Source: Candidatus Latescibacterota bacterium (lineage in GTDB: Bacteria > Latescibacterota > UBA2968). Taken from it: 64,000 bases of DNA. Below the pieces are notes generated by a model. It searched no databases. It was not told the DNA's origin and saw only the letters and a list, made by a program, of their open reading frames with translations. The stretch is taken from the NCBI GenBank assembly GCA_965198115.1, contig OZ240241.1:4992001-5056000 (forward strand), given 5' to 3'. This document shows, in pieces, positions 20,735 to 31,500 of the stretch. The translations under genes and the position numbers were made by a program. Within the stretch, counting starts at the first letter, position 1. Each line of letters starts with the position of its first letter.

Positions 20735-20933
20735 GCGGGCATCCTCCGAGGGTTCTAGCACAGTTTAGGGGAGCGACCATAGGGTGTCAAGATGCCAGAA
20801 CTGGAGGAGCACACCTTTCAGTCTTTTGTTCCAGGTCGACGATTTCAGTGACGATCACAGGCCACACCTTGCCTGTCGCATGGACCGTGCATAAATTCAG
20901 CTTAGTGGTCTGTGATAAAGTACCCGGGCTATC

Positions 20934-22304
20934 GAGCTATAATCAAAAGGTGTGGAAAAAGAGAAAGGGCGACCCTACCCTTCCCGTGAGATAGTTGATT
21001 CACACAAAACCGGGTGAGAGGCCCGGTTGGGAAGGAGGATCGCCGTGAAGGAACATACGCATAGAGCCCCATTGAAGTCCATGCCGACGTGGGAGACGGT
21101 TGACGATTGGATCCGTGAAGAGATCCAGGGCCGGTTCCAGTCCATTCTGGAGGAGGAGGCGACCGCGTTCTTGGGCCGGTCGTGGTATGAGCGCCGAGCC
21201 GAGGTCGATAGCTCCAGGGGCTACAGGAACGGCTACGGCAAGCCCCGGCGTCTCTCGACGAGCTGCGGAACGATCAAGGTCCGGCGTCCCCGGGTTCGTG
21301 GTCTGGAAGAGCGGTTTGAAAGCCGCATCCTCCCCCTGTTCGCCCGGAGAACCAGGGCCATTGGAGATCTGCTTCCCGACCTTTATCTCCACGGTCTCTC
21401 CCAGGGCGACTTCGAGTTGTCTTTGCGTGCGCTGCTCGGTGATGGCGCGCCGCTTTCGCCGACCTCGATCGCTCGTCTTCGAGGGAAGTGGGAGGTCGAC
21501 TTCCAGGACTGGAAAGAAAGGCGTCTGGATAATCGCGTGGTCTACGCCTGGGCTGATGGCATCTACGTCAAAGCCGGGCTCGAGCGCGAGAAGGCGTGTC
21601 TGCTGGTCGTGATCGGCGCGATGAGCGACGGCAGCAAGGAGATCCTGGCGATAGAACCCGGTTATCGAGAGTCTACAGAATCCTGGCTCACGGTGCTACG
21701 GGATCTCCGGGATCGCGGGCTCGAACATCCTGTCCTGATCGCCGCGGACGGGAATATGGGCATCTGGGCGGCCGTTGATCAGGTCTGGCCAGAGAGCCGG
21801 CAACAACGGTGCTGGAACCACAAGATCCTCAACGTGCTCGACAAGGTCGCCAAGCGTGCACAGGCTGAAGCCCGCGCACTGCTCGTCCAGATCCCCTATG
21901 CCGGCACGAAAAAGGAGGCCGAGAAGCTCCGGAAACGCTTTGCCGCACGGTATCGCTCACAGTTCCCTGCCGCCGTGGAGACGCTCGAAAGAGACTGGGA
22001 TCGGATGGTCACGTTCTACGACTTCCCGAAGGAACACTGGAAACACCTGAGAACCACGAACGTCGTCGAGAGCCCCTTTGCTTCCGTTCGGCTTCGCACA
22101 AACGCCGCCAGGCGATTCAAGAAAGTCAGGAACGCCACGACTCTCATCTGGCGTACGCTCAAGGTCGCAGAGAGCCGATTCAGGAAACTCACCGCGCCAC
22201 ACTTGCTACAACAAGTCTACGATCAGAAACACTCAACCGAACCGCAGGTCGAAGCCGGGAAGATGGCCGCCTGATTTCTTTTACACACCTATTGACCTGA
22301 GCTC
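20934..22304 (+). mobile_element. IS256-family element type B, copy 1 (transposase 21045-22274)
   Basis: Ends GAGCTATAATCAAAAGGTGTG / CACACCTATTGACCTGAGCTC; 9-bp target duplication CGGGCTATC; YAWADG, QRCWNHK, TTNVVES motifs. Confidence 0.95.
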
Positions 22305-22333
22305 CGGGCTATCACCTTCTGGAGACTGGCACA

Positions 22334-22747
22334 ATGAGGGTTCTGATCGTTGATGATGAGTCAGCTGCACGCATATTCTTTCGCAAGTGCGCGGAACGAT
22401 GGGGTGATGTGGAAGTCGAAGAGTCTTCCGATGGCGATGACGCACTCCTGGCAGTCATGCAGCGGACGTTTGATCTAATAACCGTCGACCTGAACATGCC
22501 AGGAAAAGGAGGACTTGAGATTCTTGCACCGCTCAGGAATTTCTGTCCCCACGCTATTGTCGCTGTGGTGAGCGCCCATTTACCTCAGGAGCTCGATTCC
22601 GACTATGCAGGGAGTGCCGATGTGTTGATTGAGAAGCCAATAGGTTACGATCAATTTAGCCATGTTCTCAACTCAGTTCAGAAGATCATCGGTGCCCGAA
22701 AGGGCCTTGAGGAAATAGGTAGGGTTCCTCCCTCGGCGAGATCATGA
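22334..22747 (+). CDS. Single-domain response regulator (CheY-like)
   Basis: LIVDDE, VDLNMPG, IEKP. Confidence 0.9.
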   Translation: MRVLIVDDESAARIFFRKCAERWGDVEVEESSDGDDALLAVMQRTFDLITVDLNMPGKGGLEILAPLRNFCPHAIVAVVSAHLPQELDSDYAGSADVLIEKPIGYDQFSHVLNSVQKIIGARKGLEEIGRVPPSARS

Positions 22748-23069
22748 GTATCGGCGATTTTGAGATTGAACTCGAGAAGAAAGGCCTTCTCTCCTTGGGA
22801 AGGTGGTTTGAGGCACAGAATGTCGAACCATCTCGAGTTTCGTTTCACAAACCCGATACCAGTCTTCTGGTTGGAAGTAAACCTAGAGAGCGGGACCCGT
22901 ATTCGGTCTGATGCCTCGGTGATCGTGCAGGGGTGGGTGAATGGAAGCGTGAAGAACAGGTCCCACATTGTCGCAGAAGATGACATTGTTGTTGATGGCG
23001 ATGTCCACTACGCGCACCTGAGAGGGCGAACAATCCGAATCGGGGGAGAAGCGAAGCGTTGCGTCTTAA

Positions 23070-24364
23070 GGGTTTGCCACGAAATAAGTGCTGCACTTTT
23101 CAAGGTAATGATCTTACGCTCGGAGTGTGGACGTCGAAACTCTCCGAACGAAGTATGAAGCCTTGGCTCCGGTGCTGACGGAACGCACGCGTCGTCTGTG
23201 GGCCGCCACGGAAGCCGAAGCGTTGGGTCACGGTGGGATCGCGATTGTGGCTCTGGCGACAGGAATGTCCAGAGAGCGGATCTTTCGTGGCATTCAGGAG
23301 TTGAGGTCGGACGAACCTTTGGACCCGGCTCGCATCCGGCGTCCAGGCGGCGGTCGTAAGCGGAAGGCCGACACGGACCCGACGCTGTGGCAGGACCTGA
23401 ATGATCTGGTCGAGCCAACGACTGCGGGGTCGCCTGACGACAATCCTCTGAGATGGACATCGAAGAGCACTCGCAAACTGGCCGCCGAGTTGCAAGCGAT
23501 GGGGCATTCGGTGAGCCCCAGGATCGTTGCCAATCTCCTGCACGAACACGATTACACGCTGCAGGCGAATCGGAAGACAAGGGAGGGATCTGCACACCCG
23601 GATCGGGACGCTCAGTTCGTTTACCTCGATGATCGGATTAGCCAGCAGCAGCAGCAGGGCCTTCCCGTTATCTCGGTGGACACCAAGAAGAAAGAGTTGA
23701 TCGGCGACTTCAAGAATCCTGGCCGAGAATGGCGACCCAAGGGAGACCCGGAGCGTGTGAAGGTACACGATTTCATAGTGCCTGCTCAGGGCAAGGCGAT
23801 CCCTTATGGAGTGTATGATCTGAGCCGTGATGAAGGCTGGGTAAGTGTCGGTATCGATCACGACACGGCCAGCTTCGCCGTGAATGCGATCCGAAGTTGG
23901 TGGAAGAACATGGGACGGCCCGCCTACGGCACTTCGACGCATCTGCTAATCACGGCGGACGCAGGCGGCAGCAACGGCGCCAAGACGCGGCTGTGGAAGT
24001 GGGAGCTGCAGCGCTTTGCGAATCGCACTGGCCTGACGATCACCGTATGCCACTACCCTCCTGGCACTAGTAAGTGGAACAAGATCGAACATCGCCTGTT
24101 CTCCTTCATCGCTATGAACTGGCAAGGCAAGCCCCTGGTCAGCCTGGCTGCAACCGTGAATCTCATTGCCGGAACGACCACTCAAGCCGGTCTCCGAGTA
24201 CGCTCCGAGATCGACAAGCGACCCTACCCTAACGGGGTCAAGGTGACCGATGAACAGATGACCCAAATCGATCTCACTCCGCACGATTTCCACGGCGACT
24301 GGAACTACACGATCCGGCCAATGGCTCAACATTGAGATCGACCGTTTATTTTATTCGCGAACCC
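23070..24364 (+). mobile_element. ISAzo13-family element copy 1 (transposase 23127-24335)
   Basis: GGGTTTGCC...GCGAACCC ends, 3-bp target duplication TAA; ISVDTKKKE, TADAGGSN, SKWNKIEHRLFS. Confidence 0.95.
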
Positions 24365-24368
24365 TAAC

Positions 24369-25005
24369 TAAACCTTGGTAAGCCCCCGGCTCTGCCGGGG
24401 AGACTCCCAGAGTTTGACAGTTCCAGAAATATGTAAGAGCCTCCCTTGCCGTGGACCGCTCAAAGCACACGGAAGGAAGGCTCTCTAATGAACAACGTAA
24501 GGAGTCTACGTCACACGGTTTGGGAGTGCAAGTATGACGTTGTTTGGGTTCGGAAGTATCGTAGAAAAGTGTTGTATGGTGAAATTCGTCGCTATCTGGG
24601 CGAGGTGATTCGGGATCTGGCCGCACAGAAGGAATGCCGTGTGGAAGAGGGTCACCTGCGATCCGACCATGTGCACACGCTGATTTCGATCCCGCCGAAG
24701 CACTCAGTAGCTCAGACGGTAGGGTTCATCAAAGGAAAGAGTGCGATTCACATTGCTCGGAACTATCTGGGACGCAGGTCGAACTTCACCGGGCAGCATT
24801 TCTGGGCAAGAGGCTACTGGGTCTCCACCGTTGGCAAGGATGAACAGACGGTTCGGGAGTATATCCAGAACCAGGAGCGGGAGGACCGGCGTCTCGACCA
24901 GCTCAACATTTTCAGGTAATCGCCACCTTTAGGTGGCGCTTGGTTTCCAACCGCTTTGAGCGGTTCACAAGTTTTCAAGCCTCCGGCTTTGCCGGAGGTC
25001 ATGAC
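24369..25005 (+). mobile_element. IS200-like element (tnpA only), copy 1
   Basis: Left hairpin CCCCGGC-TCT-GCCGGGG, right hairpin CCTCCGGC-TTT-GCCGGAGG; lies 3' of TAAC and ends in TGAC; no target duplication. Confidence 0.93.
24488..24919 (+). CDS. tnpA: Y1 HUH transposase TnpA
   Basis: DHVH HUH motif, KGKS, FWARGY, catalytic EYIQNQ. Confidence 0.92.
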   Translation: MNNVRSLRHTVWECKYDVVWVRKYRRKVLYGEIRRYLGEVIRDLAAQKECRVEEGHLRSDHVHTLISIPPKHSVAQTVGFIKGKSAIHIARNYLGRRSNFTGQHFWARGYWVSTVGKDEQTVREYIQNQEREDRRLDQLNIFR

Positions 25006-26002
25006 TGCTGCAGAAGGAATCGAGGTGGGGGCCGAGATCAGCGGTGCCAAGATGTTGGTTGGGAGTTTTGAGAAGGAGAAGCGAGAGCTTGCGGCCTGCT
25101 GGCAGGATCTCCAGCGTCTGCGGAAAAGCAACGAATACAATGAGCGTCAATACGCGATCGACCAGCGTCGGGTTCCCAAACAGATCGGCAAAACACGATT
25201 CAAGCTGGATTACAGCATCGGCAAAGTTGTCCAGCACTGGGTTGTTCAACAGACGAACAAACAGATCGAAATCGATCTTCAGCCGCTCTATGACGTACTC
25301 CCAAATAAATCGGAGGCGGAGATCGATATCGCGCTAAAAGAATTCTTTGCCGCCGGCATCATGGCGACACTCGTTCGTGAAAATCAGCATCTGATCGAAG
25401 TCAACCCGAACCGTCGCAAGGTTTTCATGGGGACCATCCAGCATCTGCAGGGGTTGTTTTCGCTTGCTCGGACCATCGACAAGGAGAGGGTCGGTGTGGA
25501 GCGAGGTGAGCGGCGACTCGACGAGCTCGTGGATGATGTTGGTGACCTCACCCCATGGCTGCGAACTCGAGGGCCGATTCTACCCGATGTAGACGTTGAG
25601 TTTCGCAAGCCTGTTATCAATCGCCAACCCGAACAGCAGCCGCTGATCGAAGAAGATCAGGCATCGTACAGTCTGCGCATGGGCCGAGTGACGAGTTCCC
25701 GGTCCGTTGAACAGACCAGCACGCGTGGCGAGGTCCGCAACCGTGAAGCGAGCCCCGGAGAGTTGCAGGCAACCAAGTTCGAATTGGACTCGGGTTGGCT
25801 GGAAGGGTCGGCGATTGTTTAGACTTTCTCGGATAGCCAGAGTTTTTGAGATGTGAAGGAGTCTTTCTCTGATTCCTGTCAATTCCAGGCGATAAAGACT
25901 GAAGATTCCGGGGCGCGATACTACGAACAGAGGGGCAGCGTGATGGCCGGGCTGTGGACCCGCTGTCGAAGTGAGGCTGCTCCCGGGTGGTACGGATTGG
26001 TC

Positions 26003-26038
26003 AAAGCCCTCTCCTTTTAGGCCAGGAGAGGGCTTTTT
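26003..26038. terminator. Intrinsic terminator, possibly bidirectional
   Basis: AAAGCCCTCTCCT...AGGAGAGGGCTTTTT. Confidence 0.7.
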
Positions 26039-26138
26039 CTGTTCAAGGCGTATGTCTGTTTCATCGTGCGAACCTGACTTTGGCAAGGTCGGGCGGAACT
26101 ACATTGCCACGACTTGGTTCACGACGCATCCCTCACTC

Positions 26139-26176
26139 AAAAACGAACCCCTCTCTCAACTCTGAGAGGGGTTCGT
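26139..26176 (-). terminator. Hairpin or terminator
   Basis: ACGAACCCCTCTC/GAGAGGGGTTCGT preceded by an A run. Confidence 0.55.
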
Positions 26177-26283
26177 CGTAGTTTAGGTTCCGAATGCTTG
26201 CAATCGACGACCTATCGTCGATCGGTATGAAAGTTCAGAACGCGTTGTCTGAGATCATAGCCGGACAATTTGCTTTCGAAAAT

Positions 26284-26314
26284 AAAACAGGGGGTCGGAC
26301 AATAACCCCCTGTT
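26284..26314 (-). terminator. glnA terminator
   Basis: AACAGGGGGT/ACCCCCTGTT stem 28 bp downstream of the glnA stop. Confidence 0.7.
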
Positions 26315-26342
26315 AGTAGAAACCTATGGAAATGCCAGACTC

Positions 26343-27761
26343 TTAGATGTCGTAGTAGAGTGCGAATTCGTATGGATGCGGGCGCAGGTTGACGGCCTCC
26401 ACCTCGTTTTCGCGTTTGTATTCGATCCAGGTTTCGATCACATCCTCGGTGAATACGTCGCCCTTGAGCAGGAAATCGTGATCGGCCTCGAAGGCGTCGA
26501 GCGCTTCGTCCAACGACCCGGGAGTCTGTGGTACGCGAGCCAATTCTTCTGGCTCGAGGTCGTAGAGATTCTTGTCGAGGGGCTCACCCGGGTCGATCTT
26601 GTTCTGGATGCCGTCGAGTCCGGCCATGAGCATGGCCGAGAAGGCGAGGTAGGGGTTGCACGACGGGTCGGGGCAGCGAAATTCGACCCGCTTCGCTTTG
26701 GGGCTCGGCGAATACATCGGGATGCGGCACGCGGCACTCCGGTTGCGCTGGGAGTAGGCGAGGTTGACCGGCGCCTCGTAGCCCGGCACCAGCCGTTTGA
26801 AGGAGTTGGTGGTCGGGTTGGTCATGGCGATCAGAGCCGGGGCGTGTTTGAGCAGGCCGCCGATGTAGTAGAGCGCTTCTTCGCTCAGACCTGCGTAGCC
26901 AGATCCCGCGAACAGGGGCGTGTCACCGGTCCAGATGCTCTGATGGACGTGCATCCCACTACCGTTGTCTTCGAAGATAGGCTTGGGCATGAACGTCACG
27001 GTCTTGCCGTACTTCCGCGCCACGTTTTTGGTGATGTATTTGTAGAGGACGAGGTTGTCGGCGCAGTTCACGAGTGGGCAGAATCGGATGTCGATTTCGC
27101 ACTGCCCTCCGGTCGCGACCTCGTGATGATGTTGCTCGACGTCAACCCCACAGTCGATCATCGTGAGCATCATCTCCGACCGTATGTCCTGGAGGGTGTC
27201 CGTGGGCGGGACCGGGAAGTAGCCTTCCTTGTAGCGGGGCTTGTAGCCCAAGTTGGGATTCTCGGGGCTGCCGGTATTCCAGCGTCCCTCGATGGAGTCG
27301 ACGAAGTAGTAGCCGGCGTTGGGGGTCTGGTCGAACCGGATGTCGTCGAAGACGAAGAACTCGGCCTCGGGCCCGAAGTAGGCCGTATCGCCGATACCGG
27401 TCGATTTCAGGTAATTTTCGGCCTTCTTTGCGACCGTGCGAGGGTCGCGCGTATAGCGGCTCCGGGTAATGGGGTCCGCGATGTCGCAAAACATCACGAG
27501 CGTTGAGTTTTCGAGGAACGGATCGATGAACGCAGTCTCAGGGTCTGGGATGACGAGCATGTCGCTTTCGTCGATGGCCTGCCATCCGCGGATGCTCGAC
27601 CCGTCGAACCCCATTCCATCTTCGAATGAATCTTCTTCCAAATCGCTGGCTCGCATGGAGAAGTGCTGCCACAAACCTGGAAAGTCCATAAATCGCAAGT
27701 CGATGATCTTTACGTCGTGCTCTTTGACCATGTTGAGCACGTCTTGAGGCGTCTTCGCCAT
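26343..27761 (-). CDS. glnA: Type I glutamine synthetase
   Basis: FDGSSI, HHEVA, FMPKP..DNGSGMH, NRSA..RIP, KNLYDL adenylylation motif; intact 472 aa. Confidence 0.98.
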   Translation of the reverse strand: MAKTPQDVLNMVKEHDVKIIDLRFMDFPGLWQHFSMRASDLEEDSFEDGMGFDGSSIRGWQAIDESDMLVIPDPETAFIDPFLENSTLVMFCDIADPITRSRYTRDPRTVAKKAENYLKSTGIGDTAYFGPEAEFFVFDDIRFDQTPNAGYYFVDSIEGRWNTGSPENPNLGYKPRYKEGYFPVPPTDTLQDIRSEMMLTMIDCGVDVEQHHHEVATGGQCEIDIRFCPLVNCADNLVLYKYITKNVARKYGKTVTFMPKPIFEDNGSGMHVHQSIWTGDTPLFAGSGYAGLSEEALYYIGGLLKHAPALIAMTNPTTNSFKRLVPGYEAPVNLAYSQRNRSAACRIPMYSPSPKAKRVEFRCPDPSCNPYLAFSAMLMAGLDGIQNKIDPGEPLDKNLYDLEPEELARVPQTPGSLDEALDAFEADHDFLLKGDVFTEDVIETWIEYKRENEVEAVNLRPHPYEFALYYDI

Positions 27762-27817
27762 TACGAACTCCTTTCTACTGTGGAAGGGCAGCCGTCGCCG
27801 CCCGGCGGTCGCGATCC

Positions 27818-27834
27818 CGCAAAACGCCAGCCAA
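27818..27834 (-). promoter_or_regulatory. Putative sigma54 promoter of glnA
   Basis: Minus strand TTGGCTGGCGTTTTGCG fits GG-N10-GC. Confidence 0.6.
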
Positions 27835-27973
27835 TATACCTGCAGCCTGTTTCCCGGTCATTTCGCGTATGTTAAATGATTGTTAACTACAGCAGAAACG
27901 CCTCTCCGGGCGTCACTTCGCAGAGGCTGAGTATATATGTACGAGGTAGGAATTGCGCAAGCCTGGCTTTAGT

Positions 27974-28341
27974 GTGAAGACGCGTGGATGTGTCGTCGCG
28001 ATGCTGCTGCATCTGATGTGGGTCGCAGTGTTGCCGGACTCGGCAGAGGCGCGTCCCCATCGGGTGGACCAGGTGCCGAACGGTCAGGTGTTCGGATGTG
28101 CGACCTGTCACGCACGGTTTCCGCTTCGCCGAGTGTCACATCGAACAGCAACCGCTCCAGATCCACGCTCGTGGCCGCGTTTACGGATGACGGCCAGGTC
28201 GACTTTGCCGATTTTGTCCTCTTCGCACTCGGATTCGGCTCCACCGAGGGAGACTCGGGATTCGAGGCGAGGTTCGATCTGGACCGTGACGGCGCGGTCA
28301 GTTTCAGCGATTTCCTTTTGTTCGTAGAGGCCTTCGGCTAG
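27974..28341 (+). pseudogene. Collapsed secreted protein: CxxCH N-terminus and EF-hand/dockerin-like C-terminus, middle deleted
   Basis: Signal peptide, RVDQVPNGQVFGCATCH; then in another frame DGQVDFADF...FDLDRDGAVSFSDF; ~70-bp intervening segment. Confidence 0.65.
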
Positions 28342-28509
28342 CGAGCAAACAGGCTCGCCCAAGAGGTCAAACGACGCAAGGTGCAACCGTTCTTCTCGTG
28401 ACGACCATCACAGTAGAAGCTCTTGGAATAACTTATGTTAAGGACGCTCTGGGACGTGTTCCGTCGGGTTTTCCTCAGGGCATCAACCGCACGATCTGGA
28501 GGGATTTCG

Positions 28510-31500
28510 ATGAAGCATTCGCGATGGGTTTTGGGGTTCCTGGTTGCCTTCACGATTGGTCTGCCCGCCGACAGTTGGGGACGGAGTTTCCGACCTGCCC
28601 TGTTGCCGGTCGCGCCGGACGGATGCAATACCTGTCACACCACCGGTGGTGGTTCGCCCCGGAACGTGTTCGGACAGGACGTCTAGGATCGCGTGACACC
28701 GAACGGTCGGGAAGAATTCTGGGGCCCCGATCTCGCCGCGCTTGACTCTGACAATGACGGCGTGACCAACGGTCAAGAGCTGGGCGACCCGGATGGAGAC
28801 GGCGTACGGGATTTCTCGATTCAGGTAACGAGCCCGGGCAGTGCCACGTCGTTCATTCAGCCTCCGCACCACCGGAGGATCCCTTGCCCGTCGTGTCGCT
28901 TGGAGAAGTCGTCGTGCTGTTCGACGGCGGGCCCCTGTCGACCGACGGAGCCAACGGGCCGTTTGCGCCAGGTTCACACGAGATCACGATTGTCGTCGGT
29001 GGTCCGATCGACGGTCAGATCAGCAACGACGACATCCTTTCTGAAAACTTCAATGTCTTGCTCTTTCCCGCTGAGGTAGCCGAAGCAGCGACCGACCTCG
29101 TCCTCGCTGACGACAGGTTGTCGCTTTCACTGATGCTGGCATTGGGCGCGGATGCGCGATTCCAACTCATCGTCGCAGATTTCCCGGGCCGCGTGGGTGA
29201 CGGTCCCATCTTCCGCGGGGGCACAAGCACGCCGCCGTCCGGGGGCACTACGGGACTCGTGACAACTGAGGGGCTCGGAGAGATCGCGGGCGGCCGTGTA
29301 CTGCTGCTTTCTGTCGATTCGCGCGACGCCCTGGCTGGTGACGGCGGTGACGACGCGCTCGAGCGCTTCATTCGGCGTCGTGCGCGGCTGTCGGAGGACT
29401 CCACGTTCGAGTTTCCGTTCCTTCGCGACGGCAGCTACCTGCTCGTGGCGCAAGTCGCGGTGGGCGAAGGTCCCGGGGACTTCGACAACGAAGAGATTGC
29501 ACCCGATCGTCGAGTCGGAGACGTCTATGACGAGGATGGCGACGGCCAACCCGATCCAGTGATCGTCTCCGGCGGCCAGATTGTCGACGTGACGATCACG
29601 GTCGGGGCGCAGGGCGATGGACCCGCGCGCGGACGAATCACGCGCATTCTGATCGACGAAGGTGTCATCTGCATTCCGGGTCGTCGGTTCCGCTTCCGCG
29701 GCGGTCTCGATATCCTCCTGCCGGATGGGCGCCGGGTAGCCTTCCAGGAAGCCCTCCCGAGCGGTGCGCTCTCGGGCGATACCCCCGTTGCGCTGGATAT
29801 CGAGGATAGGGAAGAGGGACGTGTGGTCGTGGGGATACGTGCGCTGACGCCGAACGATCAGCAGAGACCAGGACGTAACGTCCTGATCGCCCGTCTCGGT
29901 GGGCTGGCCAGGGAGGCCGACTTTTTGCAACTGCCTGAACGTTGCTTCCTCGTGACGAATACGACGACGATCGTCGAAGAGGACGCAACGCTCGCTTTGG
30001 CCGATCTGGTTCGGAACGATGCAGTGGAAATTACGGCCGATGATCCACTGGAAGACGGAACCCTGCCGATTGCCACGAACATCACACGCCTTGAGCGGGC
30101 GCCCGAGCCGTTGCGCGTCGTTTCGCTCACGATCGGGGGACAGACGATCGAGGAAGACGTGGCGAATCCGCCGCTCACGCCAGGGCCGAATACCGCCATT
30201 TTCACCTTCAACCGGCCCCTGAATATGCGGGTCGACGATCAGGGCGAGACGGATATCGGCGTGGACGTCCAGTTTGTGCCTGAGCTCCTGGAAGAACCGG
30301 CCGATCTCACCGTGCGACGACGGTCTGTCCTTCACGGCGACGGTCGACATTCCGGAGAACGTGACTCTCCAGCTCGCAGTCGGCGTACCCCGGCTCGGTG
30401 GAGACCGCCATCAATCGTTCTACGTCGGGACGATCGATCTTCCGACTCCGACGGTCGAAGGGGCGTTGACGACCCCGGAGGGCGTGATGCTGCCCGAAAC
30501 GACGGGGGGCCTCGTTGTCCTCGTAACCGAGGAGGTGCTACTCAGCCTAGAGGATGAGCTGTCGGACAGCGAGGCTGCCGGGAAGATCACGGCCCTCGCT
30601 CAGATTACGGACGAGCTCACACCGTTGATGGAAGATGAGGCACTCGAGCCGGGGCTGGACCGCTCGGTCCGCGAGGGTGTCCGTGTGGCTGTGCCCGCGA
30701 ACGATCTTTCGTTTAGTCTGCGATTCGTTCCTGACGGAACCTACTTCGTGGCAGCCTCGCTGTCGGCCCGGGTGCCCGACGGACACGGTCGCTTCGTCGG
30801 TTTCTACGACCCGGATGGGACGGGATCGGCTGCTCCAATCACCGTGTCAGGCGAAAGCATCGTCGGTTTGGACATTTCCCTCGGTTCGCCGATGCGACCA
30901 CCACCCCCGGTCCGTCTTGGGGACGCCCTGCGAGAGCTGCTGACGCGGTTCGAAAGCGACGAGATCACGGGCGTCACGGTCGAAGACCTCTCACCACGCA
31001 TCACCGAGCGCGAGCTTCAACGGTTCGGGCAGATCGCCGGGGACGACGGCATCCTGATGTTCAACGAGCTGAGGCGCGCCCTCGGCATTCCTGAGCCTGA
31101 GCCCGAACCGGCCGTGGCCGGAAGGGTTTCGAGCATCGACGTGGCAAACTCGTCCTTCGAAGTGACCGATGAGGCCGAGCAGGTCTGGACGATTCTGGTG
31201 GACGAAGAGACGACGTTCGGCATTTCGGGCGAGCAGACGATCTTCGACGTTGATCGACTCAGCGACACGTCCGTCCAACCGGTCGGAAAACAGGGAAACT
31301 CCAGCGGCCGTGGAAGTCAGGGCGGCAATCAGGATCGAGGTAACCAGGGTCGTGGCAACACGGATCGAGGCGGCACTGGACGCGTCTCTCGCGCCCTGAC
31401 GATCGAGGATCTGAAGGCATGCAGGTCATCGTCCTGGGTGAAACGATCGCGGACCTGACGGTGAACGCCGACCGCGTGCAGATTCAGAACAACGGCATCG

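Larger units (their letters stand above)
22744..25822 (+). pseudogene. FapA/DUF342-like protein interrupted by stacked ISAzo13 and IS200, plus frameshift near 22870
   Basis: Removing both IS gives CGT TGC GTC TTA ACT GCT GCA GAA (RCVLTAAE) in frame; beta-solenoid-like repeats (SVIVQGWV, IVAEDDIVVDGDV); ATGA overlap with the regulator. Confidence 0.72.

Noticed and set aside
24919-25005. TnpB/IscB or omegaRNA associated with IS200
   Set aside because: Only 86 bp separate the tnpA stop from the right end, and there is no RuvC ORF.
26376-27506. Long antisense ORFs (also 18756-20435, 61211-62428, 62753-63892)
   Set aside because: Shadow ORFs opposite well-supported genes in high-GC DNA.
27870-27890. 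GlnR/TnrA-type box upstream of glnA
   Set aside because: TGTTA-N9-TAACT does not fit the TGTNA-N7-TNACA consensus.
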